Made by a program: the position numbers and the translations under genes
In this document: one piece after another, positions 1 through 11,600 of the stretch
How the letters are laid out: each line of letters starts with the position of its first letter
Numbering within the stretch: the first letter of the stretch is position 1
Source of the DNA: Geosiphon pyriformis uo1
Taxonomy: Eukaryota; Fungi; Glomeromycota
DNA: 64,000 nt
NCBI GenBank assembly: GCA_016748015.1
Contig: JAAOMT010000599.1
Coordinates: 520,589-584,588 of the forward strand
Reading direction: 5' to 3'
The notes under the pieces: model-generated
The model's database searches: none
Told to the model about the DNA's origin: nothing
The model's input: the letters and a program-made list of their open reading frames with translations, nothing else

Positions 1-2380
1 CTTCACCTGTAGTACTAGTTAAAAAGAAAAATGGAAAGATCTGATTTTGTGTTGACTATCGACAACTCAACAGTGTTACAATTAGAGATGCCTACCCCCT
101 TTCCTGGATTGATGACATGTTAGATGCTCTTGGAAAATCCAAATACTTTTCAACACTAGATTTAGAAAGCAGTTACTAGCAAGTTGCTATGGATCCCAAA
201 GATCACCCCAAACAGTATTCACCACCCAAAGCAGAAATTACGAGTTCAATGTAATGCCTTTCAGATTATGCAATGCACCAGCAACGTTTCAAAGATTAAT
301 GGATGTTGTGTACCAAAAACTTCTTTGGAAGTCAGTAGTCATTTATCTTGACAATACTGATGTTTATTCTCCATCATTCAAATTACACTTAAAACACCTG
401 CAAGAAGTTTTTCAACAATTATGAAAAGCAGGACTAAAACTCAACATCAGAAAATGCTACTTTGGAAAAACAAGCTTGGTTTTTCTTGAACATATTGTTA
501 GTAAAGATGGAATCAAACCAGATCCTGGAAAAATCAGCATTGTCAAAAACTTTAAAACTCCTCAAAACACTACAGAACTAAGAGGATTCATAGGATTAGC
601 ATCCTACTATCGGAAGTTTATCAAAGGATTCTCGGAAATTGCAAAACTCCTCAACCAGCTCACCAACAAAAACGTTGAATACAAATGAACTACCAAACAC
701 CAAAAAGCTTTTGAAATTCTTAAGGAAAAACTGACAACAGCTCTAATCCTCGCCTACCCAGATTTCAGCAACCAATTTCGACTAGCTACAGATGCTTTGT
801 ATACTGCCTTTGGTGCCATCTTATTACAACTAGATAACAATGGAAATGAGCAAGTAATTGCTTATGCTAGCAGAACATTAAAACCAGCTAAGAAAAACTA
901 TCCTGCCACAAAACTAAAAACAGCAGCCATAATTTGGGCCCTACACCACTTCAACCTTTATCTCAGGCCTAAAAAATTTGATATTATCACTGATAATATT
1001 GGACTTAAATAGCTTCAGAACAAAAATACTCAGCTGAATGCAAAACAAACCTGATGGACAGGATTTCTAGCAAACTATCAATACATAGTACATCACAAAC
1101 CAGGAAAACTCCACACCAATGTTGACTGTCTTTCCAGAATAAGACAAGATTAGAAAACACAAAAACCAACACTCAACTTAACCAACCAAAAGAGCCAACA
1201 AACAATGAATTTGGAAAACTACAACAATTTCAAACAATATTTGGAAACATTAACAATCCCAACAAATTGGTCTCGAGATAAAAAACATCAACTACAACAA
1301 CAAGCCAAACAATATTTTCTACACAACAACATTATTTATCATCGAAATTTCAAAAACCCAAACAAACCACTCAGATTAATACAAGAACAGAAAAAAAAAA
1401 CTATATTATACAATATGTACTCAGATCTTTCATCAGCACACTTCGGAAAAGATAGCATCATCCAAAGAACACTAGAATACTACTTTTGGCCCGAAGCCAG
1501 AGCCATTCAATGAGCAAATACAAAATCAGTAGCAAATTTTATCTACAAAGACATCATTTGTAGACACAAATATCTAATTGAACTTTTATCCAATCAGGGG
1601 ACACACTTTGTGAACAACCTGATACAAAAAATTTGCAAATGATTCAATGTCAAAAGACCTCTGTCTTTGCTCTATCATCCACAAACAAACAGACTTGTGG
1701 AACATTTTAACAGAACATTGTGTGAGTCATTAGCCAAAGTCTCAACCGATTTTGAGCAAAAATGGGATATCTTTATTCCATTAGTGTTGCTAGCATACAA
1801 AACATTAAAACAAGATATCACAAAACACACACTATTTGATTTAACTTACAGAAGGACAGCAACATTACCAATTAATTTCACAGTGGAAACATACCCAGCA
1901 CAACCAATTGATGAAAACAATTTCCAAGAAACACTTCAGCGAAGAGCCTACACTCTGCTTAGCACATTGGAAGGAAAACGACAAATAGCAGCCACCCATA
2001 TTAAACACTCTCAAGCTTGACAAAAAGAATGGCATGATGACAAATTGCCTTCAGTCACCAATGAATTTAAAATTGGAAACAAAGTTCTCTTACACAGAAC
2101 TAAAGCTGAAAAACAATGAAGTGAAAAATTTGAAAATAAATGAGATGGACTATTCTTTATCCATGAAGTCCTAGGCAACGGATCATACAAGCTAAGACTT
2201 GATGACAAAATCCTAGCAAAAGTTGCACATGGAGATCATTTGAAACACTATCATTCCAGAAACAATCCTGAATCATTAATTCCACAAATTGGTACACATT
2301 TCCCTTTAGTCAATCCCAAAAATATTTTTCAAAACTTAGAACCAATAGTTATCATTGAACAACCTTCCAACCTGAACACT
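1..2380 (+). pseudogene. E1 pol fragment: reverse transcriptase, RNase H, integrase (stops, frameshifts, internal deletion)
   Basis: RT motifs SPVVLV..K, FCVDYRQLN, MPF.L.NAPATFQ, YLDN. RNase H LATDA..AFGAIL and VIAYASR. Integrase YHPQTN.LVE.FN.TL and a GPY/F-like C-terminus. Confidence 0.92.
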
Positions 2381-2503
2381 TAATTTAATTTTACTAGTTA
2401 TTCCCTTATAATTTAAAAACAATCTCACCAAAAACAAAACAAAAAAATAACATAAAAACCCATACACCAAAAATAATTTTCTTTTTATTTCAAATCTCTT
2501 ATA

Positions 2504-3180
2504 ATGACTATTCCTCAAAACATTCAACAATTATCTTAAAAACTAATGTTAGCTTTAAAAATAATACCCGAATTATCCATTACTGTTACTGAAAACCACA
2601 TTAATTATACTCAAACAGAAGTAGTCACAAATTTAGCCCCAAATTCATGAAAATATCACCCATATAAGAACAACACAAAAAGTTATTCTAGAATTCACCT
2701 GCCAGAACTTTTAAAGCTTACTTTAAGAGAAAACTTAATGCTCACTCTGATTAATATTCCACCAAATGCTACAATTCAACAAAGACTTCAACTGTGTCTT
2801 AATGAAGAAAACACTGAATATCCTCCAATCTATAGATATTTCCACATTGAAAAAACACTTTACGAATGAAAACTGGAACTTACAACAGCAAACCTCACAA
2901 AAAAAGCTATTCAGAAACAACTCCACAATGAATTCAAGACAACAGCTGGATTAACAAACAGTCACTACAGGCTCAGAGCTGCTCTTAAACTTTATGACCT
3001 ATTCTACACCTGTGAAAACATCCTACAAAACCCAATTTTTCAACCTTTGAAGATTCAGTACATTGGAAAGCTCACAGAACTGAAATTTCAACAATTTTCA
3101 GACCAAATTTCTTCAATAATTTTGGATTATTATCTGGAAATAACAGACAGTACTTGGACTTTGATGGAGCTCAGTCTTGA
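2504..3180 (+). pseudogene. E1 third ORF (env position), uncharacterised, degenerate
   Basis: MTIPQNIQQLS...YPPIYRYFHI...RAALKLYDLF..CENIL...IGKLT...FDGAQ. Ends at the PPT and aligns by eye with ORF3 of E2-E5. Confidence 0.7.
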
Positions 3181-3191
3181 GAAGGAGGTTA

Positions 3192-4172
3192 TGTTACCAG
3201 ACAAAATTAGAAATATTATTTAGCATGAAATTATCTTTATAATTTCTATCATTAATTAACATATATTATTGTTTCAAATTATTACTTAGTATATTAGCAA
3301 AATGTCCGAAATTATCATTTAATTAATAACCCAATTTGTACATAACACAAATGTAACCTAATTGCAATGATCAATCATGCAATACCCCGAACTATGTAAC
3401 ATTCAAAAAGTTTACCGAAATTTGTAAAAATTTGCTGAAATAATTGATAGTTCACCAAAATATCTAATAGTTTGCAGAAATAACTTGTAGTTCACCAAAA
3501 TGTATCTTTAGTTCAGCAAAATTGTAGAAAAGAGCAAAGTTCAAGTTCATAGAATAGTGTTACAACAAGTTGTATAAAAGAAGAGCTTCTCTCTTCGAGA
3601 AAATGTATTTTACTTTAGATTTATCACTTAGAACCATTCTTAGGTACACAAAAAGAAATAAATATTAAATAATTCGAAGAACCAAATTCTTTAATTATTG
3701 CACTTGGAAAATCCCCAAAACCCAACTAACGTTTTGAAATTGATTAGCTACCAATTTCAATAAACTGTTAGTGACTCCAGACCTGGATAGAAAAACGTTT
3801 TCCTTGATAAAATCCTATTTCTTTTACATTTTTTTTATTTTTCTTTTCTTTTTTTATTACAATCATTAGGGTAGCCTACAGACGAGATTCCTGTAGAAGA
3901 GTTGACTTTCACAGCAAAGTAACTACACATTTTAGTAAGCTTTCAGATGAGCAATTCCTGGGAAAGAGTTGATGTTTACTACAACATAACTACATAAAGC
4001 AACTGGCACGGAATTGGCCATTCCACTCATAAGTTCAGCAAGTTCAAATTATAGGAGATAATTTGAAGATAAATTCAGTTACTGGAGATCCAACTACTTC
4101 CTGGAAATGTGAATTCACAGCAAACAGGCATCAACAACATTCAAGAAAGGAGACCAAAAATCTCTGGTAACA
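3192..4172 (+). repeat. 3' LTR of E1 (981 bp)
   Basis: TG...CA ends with a perfect 10-bp terminal inverted repeat, preceded by the PPT. Contains TATA-like tataaaag (~3573) and AATAAA (~3657). Confidence 0.88.
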
Positions 4173-4831
4173 CCAGCAATCCATAATTTTTACATGTTCT
4201 ACCCACTCACAAGAGTCTTTTACTAGGCAATCCTTGACATTAATACTTAGTGCTTAATCCTGAATCAATTAGTATACACAACAAAAATAAAGACAAAAAT
4301 AAAAGAGATAAAAAAAAACAAAAACAATAAGTTAAGGCAATATAAGTTAGTATCTTATCAATAGCTATAATCAAAAACTATTGTTTCTGCATGTTTTAAG
4401 TATTAATTACTATCAACATTTAAAGTTGATAGCAAACAACTGAATTTAAAATGCTGAATACATATATTTATTGATATTTTGAAATAATATGGTTTCTAAC
4501 TGGAGAATGATAATTAAGGAATTTTTGTCTGAAGATTTCTCTTTTCTGCTTTTAATACTACTGCTATATATATGTATTTTCTAGTTTTATAGAATTGCTT
4601 TGTATCGTCTGTTTTTACTAGCTATTACTTTGTTTTCTTACATTATAACTAATTATCTGACATTATTACACATTATTCTATGTTATCCTGCATTATAACA
4701 TATTATCCTATGTTATAATATATTATTTAATGTTATTGTACTTTATTCTGTGTCTTTTCACATTTCATTATATTTTTCTTCAGATTATATTTTTTTTTTT
4801 TTTTTGATAGGCTTTCTTTTTTCAAGTAACA
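4173..4831 (-). repeat. Partial 3' LTR of E2
   Basis: Matches ~33665-34345. Ends caagtaaca at 4831 next to the PPT complement. Confidence 0.88.
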
Positions 4832-4845
4832 TTATTTTCTTTTTT

Positions 4846-5330
4846 TTAATATTAAGCTCCTGCAAAATTGGTTATGTCTGTTAATAGAACTTTGTTCATG
4901 TAATATTTGATGATTATATTGATTATGGCTTTTTGTAGATCTTTGAACTATTGATTGGTCATTCATCCTATGTTGTTGACTATTATCTTTTTCAAAGATT
5001 CATCCAATAGTATGTTTGAACAATATTAGAAAGCAATGTATAATCAACATGCTGCCTTGTAGTGTAGTGTCAGATTGCTTCTTCTTATGAATTTTTCTAC
5101 TTATTGCATTGCTTTTTTGTTAAAAGTTTTCTGGTTGTAGTTTCTATATGGGTTTTCTAAGTCTAGTTGTTCCCCAATTTTGTAAAACCAATATGTTGAA
5201 GGGAGTCTTTCTTTTCACTCCCCTGTTTTGGGGAGTTTGGTCTCATGAGTTAAAGATTTTTTAATTTTTTCTAGCTCAAGAGCCAAGTATGTTGTATATA
5301 ATTGTTTTTGTCTTCTATCTAATTTTTTCA

Positions 5331-5361
<31 letters not shown>

Positions 5362-5592
5362 ATGTCCTATTTGAGAAGTATATTTAATTCCTTTTTGTAA
5401 AATTTTCTTTTTGGGTGGAGTGTAAAGATAGGAATAATTAGTTCTAGTTAAACTCTTGTTCATTCTTTTTTTCTTTTTATCTTTATATCTTATCTCTTTT
5501 TTATTAATTATAATTTCTATTTGAGATCTAAATTTTTGAATTTTGTTAAATAATTGTTTAGATAATTTTAAAATTTTGTCTGAAAGGTCCAT
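4846..5592 (-). pseudogene. E2 third ORF (env position), degenerate
   Basis: MDLSDKILKLSKQLF...YWFYKIGEQL...SNLT..YKAA..LYIAF..ILL...IG.MTNQ.F.DLQ...FAGA, ending at the PPT. Confidence 0.7.
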
Positions 5593-5679
5593 GTTTGAAA
5601 TTTTTATTATTCTTTTCTTTGTGATTTTGAGGCTTATATGTGTGTAATATTTAGATTTTAGCATGTGTGTAATTATGTC

Positions 5680-7121
5680 TTGATGATTATGATTGGTTCC
5701 ATATTTCGTGGTATATTTTCTGGTCTGATTAATGAAATTTGTGTTCTTAGTTGTGGTTCTACTAATGTTGATCCTTGTGTTTAATAAATTTTTAAATGAT
5801 TTCCATGTGCTGTTTTTTTCAGAATTCTGTTTTCTAATCATAATTTGTAAGATTCATTTCCTAAAATTACATGTATGTAAAATAGTCCATCTTATTTTGG
5901 ATCAAACTTTCCATTTTACTGTTTTTCTGCTTTGATATGATGTAACAGTACTTTGTCTCCAATCCTGAATTTGACTGGTTTATCTGGTAGTTGGTTATGC
6001 ATTTCTTTTTGTTTTTTTTGTGATTTTTAAATGTTATCAGCTGCTCTTTGCCATTTGTTTTTTAGCATTTCCATTAAGTTATATGTTCTTTTTAGCAATG
6101 TTTCTTGAAAATTGTCTTCTGTTATTGGTTCCATTGGATATGTATTGACCTCTATCTCAACTGGTAATGTTGCTGTTTTATCATATACTAATTCAAATGG
6201 TGTTGTTTGTATAGTATCTTACTTTATTATCTGATAAGCAAATAATACTAATGGTATGAATAAATCTCATTTGTCCTGGTTTTTTTGGCTATCACTTTGC
6301 ACAATGTTCTATTAAATCTTTCGACTAATCCATTGGTTTGTGGGTAATATGGTGATAATAATGGTCTCTTTATTCTGAATCTTTGACTCAATTCTGTTAA
6401 TGTTCTATTCACAAAGTAAGTTTCTTGGTTAGATAATAATTTTTTTGAACATTCATGTCAACAAATCAGATCTTGATGGACAAATTCAGCAATAGATTCT
6501 GCATCTGTTCTTTGAATTGCTTTTGCTTCTGGCCATTTAGTGAGATAATCTATTATTATTATAATGTATCTGTTCCCTTTGCTAGCTATTGTTAATAATT
6601 TGACTAAGTCAATTCCAATATGCTCGAATGGTTGTCCTACTTTGATTGGTCTTAATGGCTCACTGGGTCTTGTTCTTTCTCTTTTCTGACAAGCATCACA
6701 ATTTTGCATGTATTGGATAATGTCTGGGTATATAGATGGCCAATAGTATCTATTTCTGGTTTTTTTATGGTTGCTTCTTTGTAAAAATGTCCTGCTGTTG
6801 GATCAAAGTGCATGTTGAATAATATTGTTTCTTTTTCTAGTTTTGTAATTACTCTGGTTGGTTAATCTGAATTCTTTCTGTTTTTCCAATAAAGTATATT
6901 TTGGTGAGTGATAAAATATTTGGACTGTTGTTTGATATGGTTTTGTTCTTTTTGAGATAATTTCTCTTTGAACTATTGAGTATTTATAAAATGTTGAAGT
7001 TGTTGATATTTTTGTGTATTCATTTTTTGTTATATTTTTGGATTGAAGTGTCCTTAGATTTGTTTTATTTGTGATAAACCATCAGTATTTCCATTTTTTT
7101 TTCTTTTTTTGTAGTATACAG
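5680..7121 (-). pseudogene. E2 integrase region, degenerate
   Basis: HF..EAT, CDACQ, GIDL, DYLTKWPEAKAI, HPQTNGLVERFN. Confidence 0.88.
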
Positions 7122-7976
7122 TGTTACAGGTGACAATATCTGATGTTGAATTAAATACAAACCCATAACTTAGTGCTCAAAGCTATTCTTATCATTGATG
7201 ATCTGAAGAGTTGTATCTGAAGGTTTCGATGGAGTTTTTTGTATAATAGACAGAGATTCAATAGTTGTGTTATCCATAGCTTCCCAGACTTGCAAGTCTG
7301 TCAATTTTTTTTTCAGCTTGGTGGCTGGCAATCCTCTGATAAGTAATCCATATCTTCTGTATGTGTTCTACCCTCTCACAGGGGTCTTTTACCAGGCAAT
7401 CCTTGACGTCAGTAATCAGTACTTTTAATCAATTGGTTAGTGCCTAATAACAAAATCACAGAATTTAAAAATAAAATAAAATAAAGAAAAAAAAAAAATA
7501 AGCCAAGGTGGTTTGCAAGTTAGTATTCCATCAATAGCTGTAATCAAGAGCTATTGTTCCAGTATGGTTAAGGATCAATTACTATCAACATGAAGTGTTA
7601 ATAGCGGAAATGAGTTTGAAATAACAAATAGTTATTTATTGGAGATTTGTGTGTTAAGAGTTATTTAGATTAAATCTAAACTAAGAGGTTTGTCTTTTCA
7701 GCTTCTAATCCTGCTGCTATATATACATAATTGAGATTCCTCAATTCCTTGATTTTTCATGACAGGAATCCTGGAATTCTTGGAATCCTGCGATTCCTTT
7801 GAGAAAAATCCTGGAATTCTGGAATTCTGCGATTTCTCATTGGGAAATCCTGAAATTCCTGGAATCCTGCAATTCCTGAGAAAAATCCTGGAATTCCACA
7901 TTTTACTATGTCTACCTCTGATTGGCTAATATCTACTGACTAATAATACTATATTTCCTATATTTTATGAGTAACA
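7122..7976 (-). repeat. 3' LTR of E3
   Basis: tgttac...gtaaca; near-identical to 16387-17241. Confidence 0.95.
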
Positions 7977-7989
7977 TTATTCCTTTCTT

Positions 7990-8649
7990 TTAATATTGAG
8001 TTCCATCAAAATCTAACTTGTTTAATTCTTCCTCTTGAAGTATTTTCTGAATTTTGTTTTCAAGAATTACTTGTGTTATTTGAGTTTGTAATTCTTCAAA
8101 TTGAGCATTGGTGATTTTTCCTAATTGATTACTGGTAACCGTATCTATTGCTTTGTTAAGTAGGATTTCCGGTCTATCCTGAAATGCTGTGTGTATTTGG
8201 TATATGGCTCGAGCTTGTGTAGTTAAGTTGTTTTTCCCTACAAAATGTTCTAATTGTTGTAGTATGGTTGTATCGAATAACTATTTTGTTTTATCTGTAT
8301 ATAAGTTCTGGATATTCACGTGTTGTCCCAAGTAAAAATAACAATAATTTTTTGGAAATTGTTGTGTCCACCAAGTCCAAGTTTTTTTGGTAAGTTTTTT
8401 GTGTAATCTGATTATTTGTTGTTCTTTTATGGCCAATTTTATCTTGGTCATGACCTTGTTAACAACATTTTCAAGTCTTTTTTGTGCTTTGTTTTGTGAT
8501 ATCTTTGCTGTATTTTTGTAATAAATGGTTTGTTGATTGATTGTAATTTCCATCTCCTGGTGTTGGATTAATTGAAAAATTTGTTGGGCTAGTGAATGGA
8601 TATTGTCTGTAATCTCCATTTTTCTGATCTCTTCTGTCATGTCGACCAT
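7990..8649 (-). pseudogene. E3 third ORF (env position), ~219 aa, at least one internal stop
   Basis: ORF 8281-8676 plus in-frame continuation to FDGTQY* adjacent to the PPT. Confidence 0.78.
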
Positions 8650-8672
8650 GTTCTTATATATTCTTTTGTCAA

Positions 8673-11600
8673 TCAATTGGACATGTTGTTGTTAATGATA
8701 ATAATTGGTTCCAGATCTCATAGAATTTCATCTGGTTGGACTAGTATTCTCTGTACTCCTAATTGTGGAATATTACTGGTGGATGATGATGCTATATGGT
8801 GGTATGGTTTCAGTCGATCTCCATGTGCTGCTTTGGTTAAGATTTTGTTGTCCAGTCTTAATTTGTAAGCTCTATTTTCTAGAATTTCTTCTATGTAAAA
8901 TGGTCTGTCCCATTTGGGGTCAAATTTTCCACTCTATTGTTTTTCTGCTTTGGTATGATGTAGTAGTACTTTGTCTCCAATCCTGAATTCAACTGGTTTA
9001 TCTGATAGTTGGCTATCATGTCTTTCTTTCTGTTTCTTTTATAACCTTTGTATGTTATCAGCTGCTTTTCATCGTTTGTTTTCTAATATTTCTATTAAGT
9101 CATATGTTCTTTTCAACAATGTATTTTTGAAATTTTCTTCTGTTATTGGTTTGGTTGGGTATGTACTGACTTCTATTTCCACTGGTAGTGTTGCTGTTTT
9201 ATCATATACTAATTCAAATGGTGTTGCTTGTGTAGCATCTTGCTTCATTGTTCAATAAGCAAATAGTACTGATGGTATCAACAAATCCCAATCATTCTGG
9301 TTTTCTTGGCTGAGTTTAGCTATTGCTTCACACAATGTTCTATTGAATCTTTCAACTAATCCGTTGGTTTGTGGATGGTATGGTGATAATAGTGGTCTCT
9401 TAATTCCGAATCTTTGGCTCAATTCTGTTAATGTTCTGTTCACAAAATGAGTTTCTTGGTCTGATAATAATTCTTTTGGACATCTGTGTTGACAAATTAA
9501 ATCTTGATGAACGAATTTGGCAATGAATTCTGCATCCACTCTTTGAATTGCTTTTGCCTCTGGCCATTTAGTGAGATAGTCTATGGCTACTGCTATGTAT
9601 CTGTTTTCTTCACTGGTAATTGTTAATGGTCCAACTAAATCAATTCCAATACAGTCAAATAGTTGTCCTATCTTGATTGGTCTTAATAGTTCACTGAGTT
9701 TCATATCTCCTCTTCGCTGACAAGCATCACAATTTTGAACATATTGGATAATGTCTAGATACATTGATGGCCAATAGTATCTTTTTCTGGTTCTTTCTAT
9801 GGTTGCTTCTTTATGAAAATGTCCTGATGTTGGATTTAAGTATATGTTAAATAATATTGTCTCTTTTTCTGGCTCTGTCATTACTCTGGTTGATTGATCT
9901 GGATTTTTTCTATTTTTCCGATAAAGTATATTTTGGTAAGTGATAAAATATTTTGATTGTTGTTTGATATTCTTTCGTTCCATTTGAGATAAATTCTCCT
10001 TGAATTGTTGAATGTTTATATAATGTTAAAGTTGTTAATATTTTTGTATGTTCATCTTTTTGTTATATTTTTTGTTAGTATTGTTCTGATTTTGTTATAT
10101 TTTTGGGTTGCAATGCTCTCAGATTTGTCTCATTCGTGACAAACCATTCGCATTTCTATTGTCTTTTTCTTTTTTATAATGTATAGTATAATTATATGAT
10201 GCAAGTGCCATTTTCTATCTTGACTGTCTTCCATCTCCAAATTTTTGTTTTTGAAGTGATGTTAATCCTTTGTAATCTGTATATATTTCGAACTTCTGGC
10301 TCAAGTATTCTTTCCATTTCATGACTGCCCAGTATATTGTTAAGTGTTCTTGTTCTGGTGTTCTATAGTTTTTTTTGGCTGGTGTTAAATCTCTGCTGGC
10401 ATATGCTACTGGATGTTTTCTGCTATCAGGTTTTCTCTGAGATAGTACTGCTCCCAATGCTTGGCCAGATGCATTGGTGGTGATGATAAATAGTTTGCTG
10501 TGATCTGGATAGATCAGTACTAGAGCTTGAATGAGTTTTCTTTTCAGAATATCAAAAGCTTCTTGTTGATTTTCTGTTCATTTATATTTTGTATTTTTGG
10601 TTTGCAGTTGGTTGAGTGGCTGTGCTATCTTGGAAAAGTTCTTAATAAAACGTCAATAATAGCTGGCAAATCCCAAGAATGATTTCAGTTCTGTCATATT
10701 GGTCAGCACTGGAAAGTTCTTTACTATCTTTATTTTCTCTGGATCCATTTTGATGCCATTTTTGCAGACTATGTGTCCCAAAAATTTTAGTTCTGTCTTG
10801 CCAAAGAAGCACTTTGTTGCATTTAACTTTAGTCCTGCTCTTCTTAGTCTTTCGAACACTTATTGAAGATAATGAAGATGATCATCAAATGTTTTTGAGA
10901 ATACGTTGGTGTCATCCAAGTATACAACTACTGATTTCCACAATAAGCCAGTATAGACGATTTCCATTAGCCATTGGAAAGTGGCTGGTGCATTGGTTAA
11001 ACTGAATGGCATTACTTCAAATTTGAAATTCCCTTTTCTCGTGGTGAATGCCATCTTCTCTTTGTCGGCTGGATCTATGGCCACTTGCCAGTAGCCACTG
11101 TTCAAGTCTAATGTTAAGAACCATTTGTTCCTGCCAAAAGCATCAAATAATTTCTGTATCCATGAAGTTGAATAGCTGTCTCCATGAGTTACACCATTGA
11201 GTTTCCTGTAGTCCACACAAAATCAGATCTTTCCATTTTTCTTATAGACGAATACCACTGGTGATGACCATGGGCTTATTGATGGCTGAATTAGCCCATT
11301 GTCAAGCATTCGGTTTATCTCTTGATGAATAATCTCGTGGCTGGCTGGTGGCACTCTGTACGCTCTTTGTTTAATTGGCATTGTATCTCCAGTCTTGATC
11401 TGATGCTGGATGATGTCAGTTCAGCCCAACTCATTTTTGCTGGCAAAGATGTCATTGAATTGGTTGAGCATTATCTTGAGTTGCATACGTTGGAGTGGAT
11501 CTAAGTTTCCCATGTTCATTTGTTCCAATTGTTCTGGTTAGAGCAGATAACATTCGTCTCATCCATAGATTGTTTGTGATGTGATGTCGATATATTCACA

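Larger units (their letters stand above)
1..4172 (+). mobile_element. Ty3/gypsy-type LTR retrotransposon E1 (divergent family, 5' part outside window), degenerate
   Basis: RT-RNaseH-IN domain order. Polypurine tract GAGAAGGAGG at ~3179-3188, then an LTR bounded by the 10-bp inverted repeat TGTTACCAGA (3192) / TCTGGTAACA (4172). Confidence 0.93.

Noticed and set aside
3875-4000. Hammerhead-like CAGACGAG/CAGATGAG motifs in the E1 LTR, and hairpin-ribozyme-like CCUGGUA/ACCAG in family U5
   Set aside because: The required catalytic cores (CUGANGA with GAAA; loop A/B consensus) are not present.
7735-7898. CRISPR-like appearance of the palindromic GGAATTCC repeats
   Set aside because: No unique spacers, no cas genes, eukaryotic context, and located inside LTRs.
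7698-7901. Repetitive ORFs such as MWNSRIFLRNCRIPG (also 16963-17166, 58643-58834)
   Set aside because: They are translations of the U3 tandem array with non-ATG starts, not proteins.
7990-8649. Calling ORF3 an envelope gene
   Set aside because: No visible signal peptide, fusion peptide or transmembrane anchor; only the position matches env.
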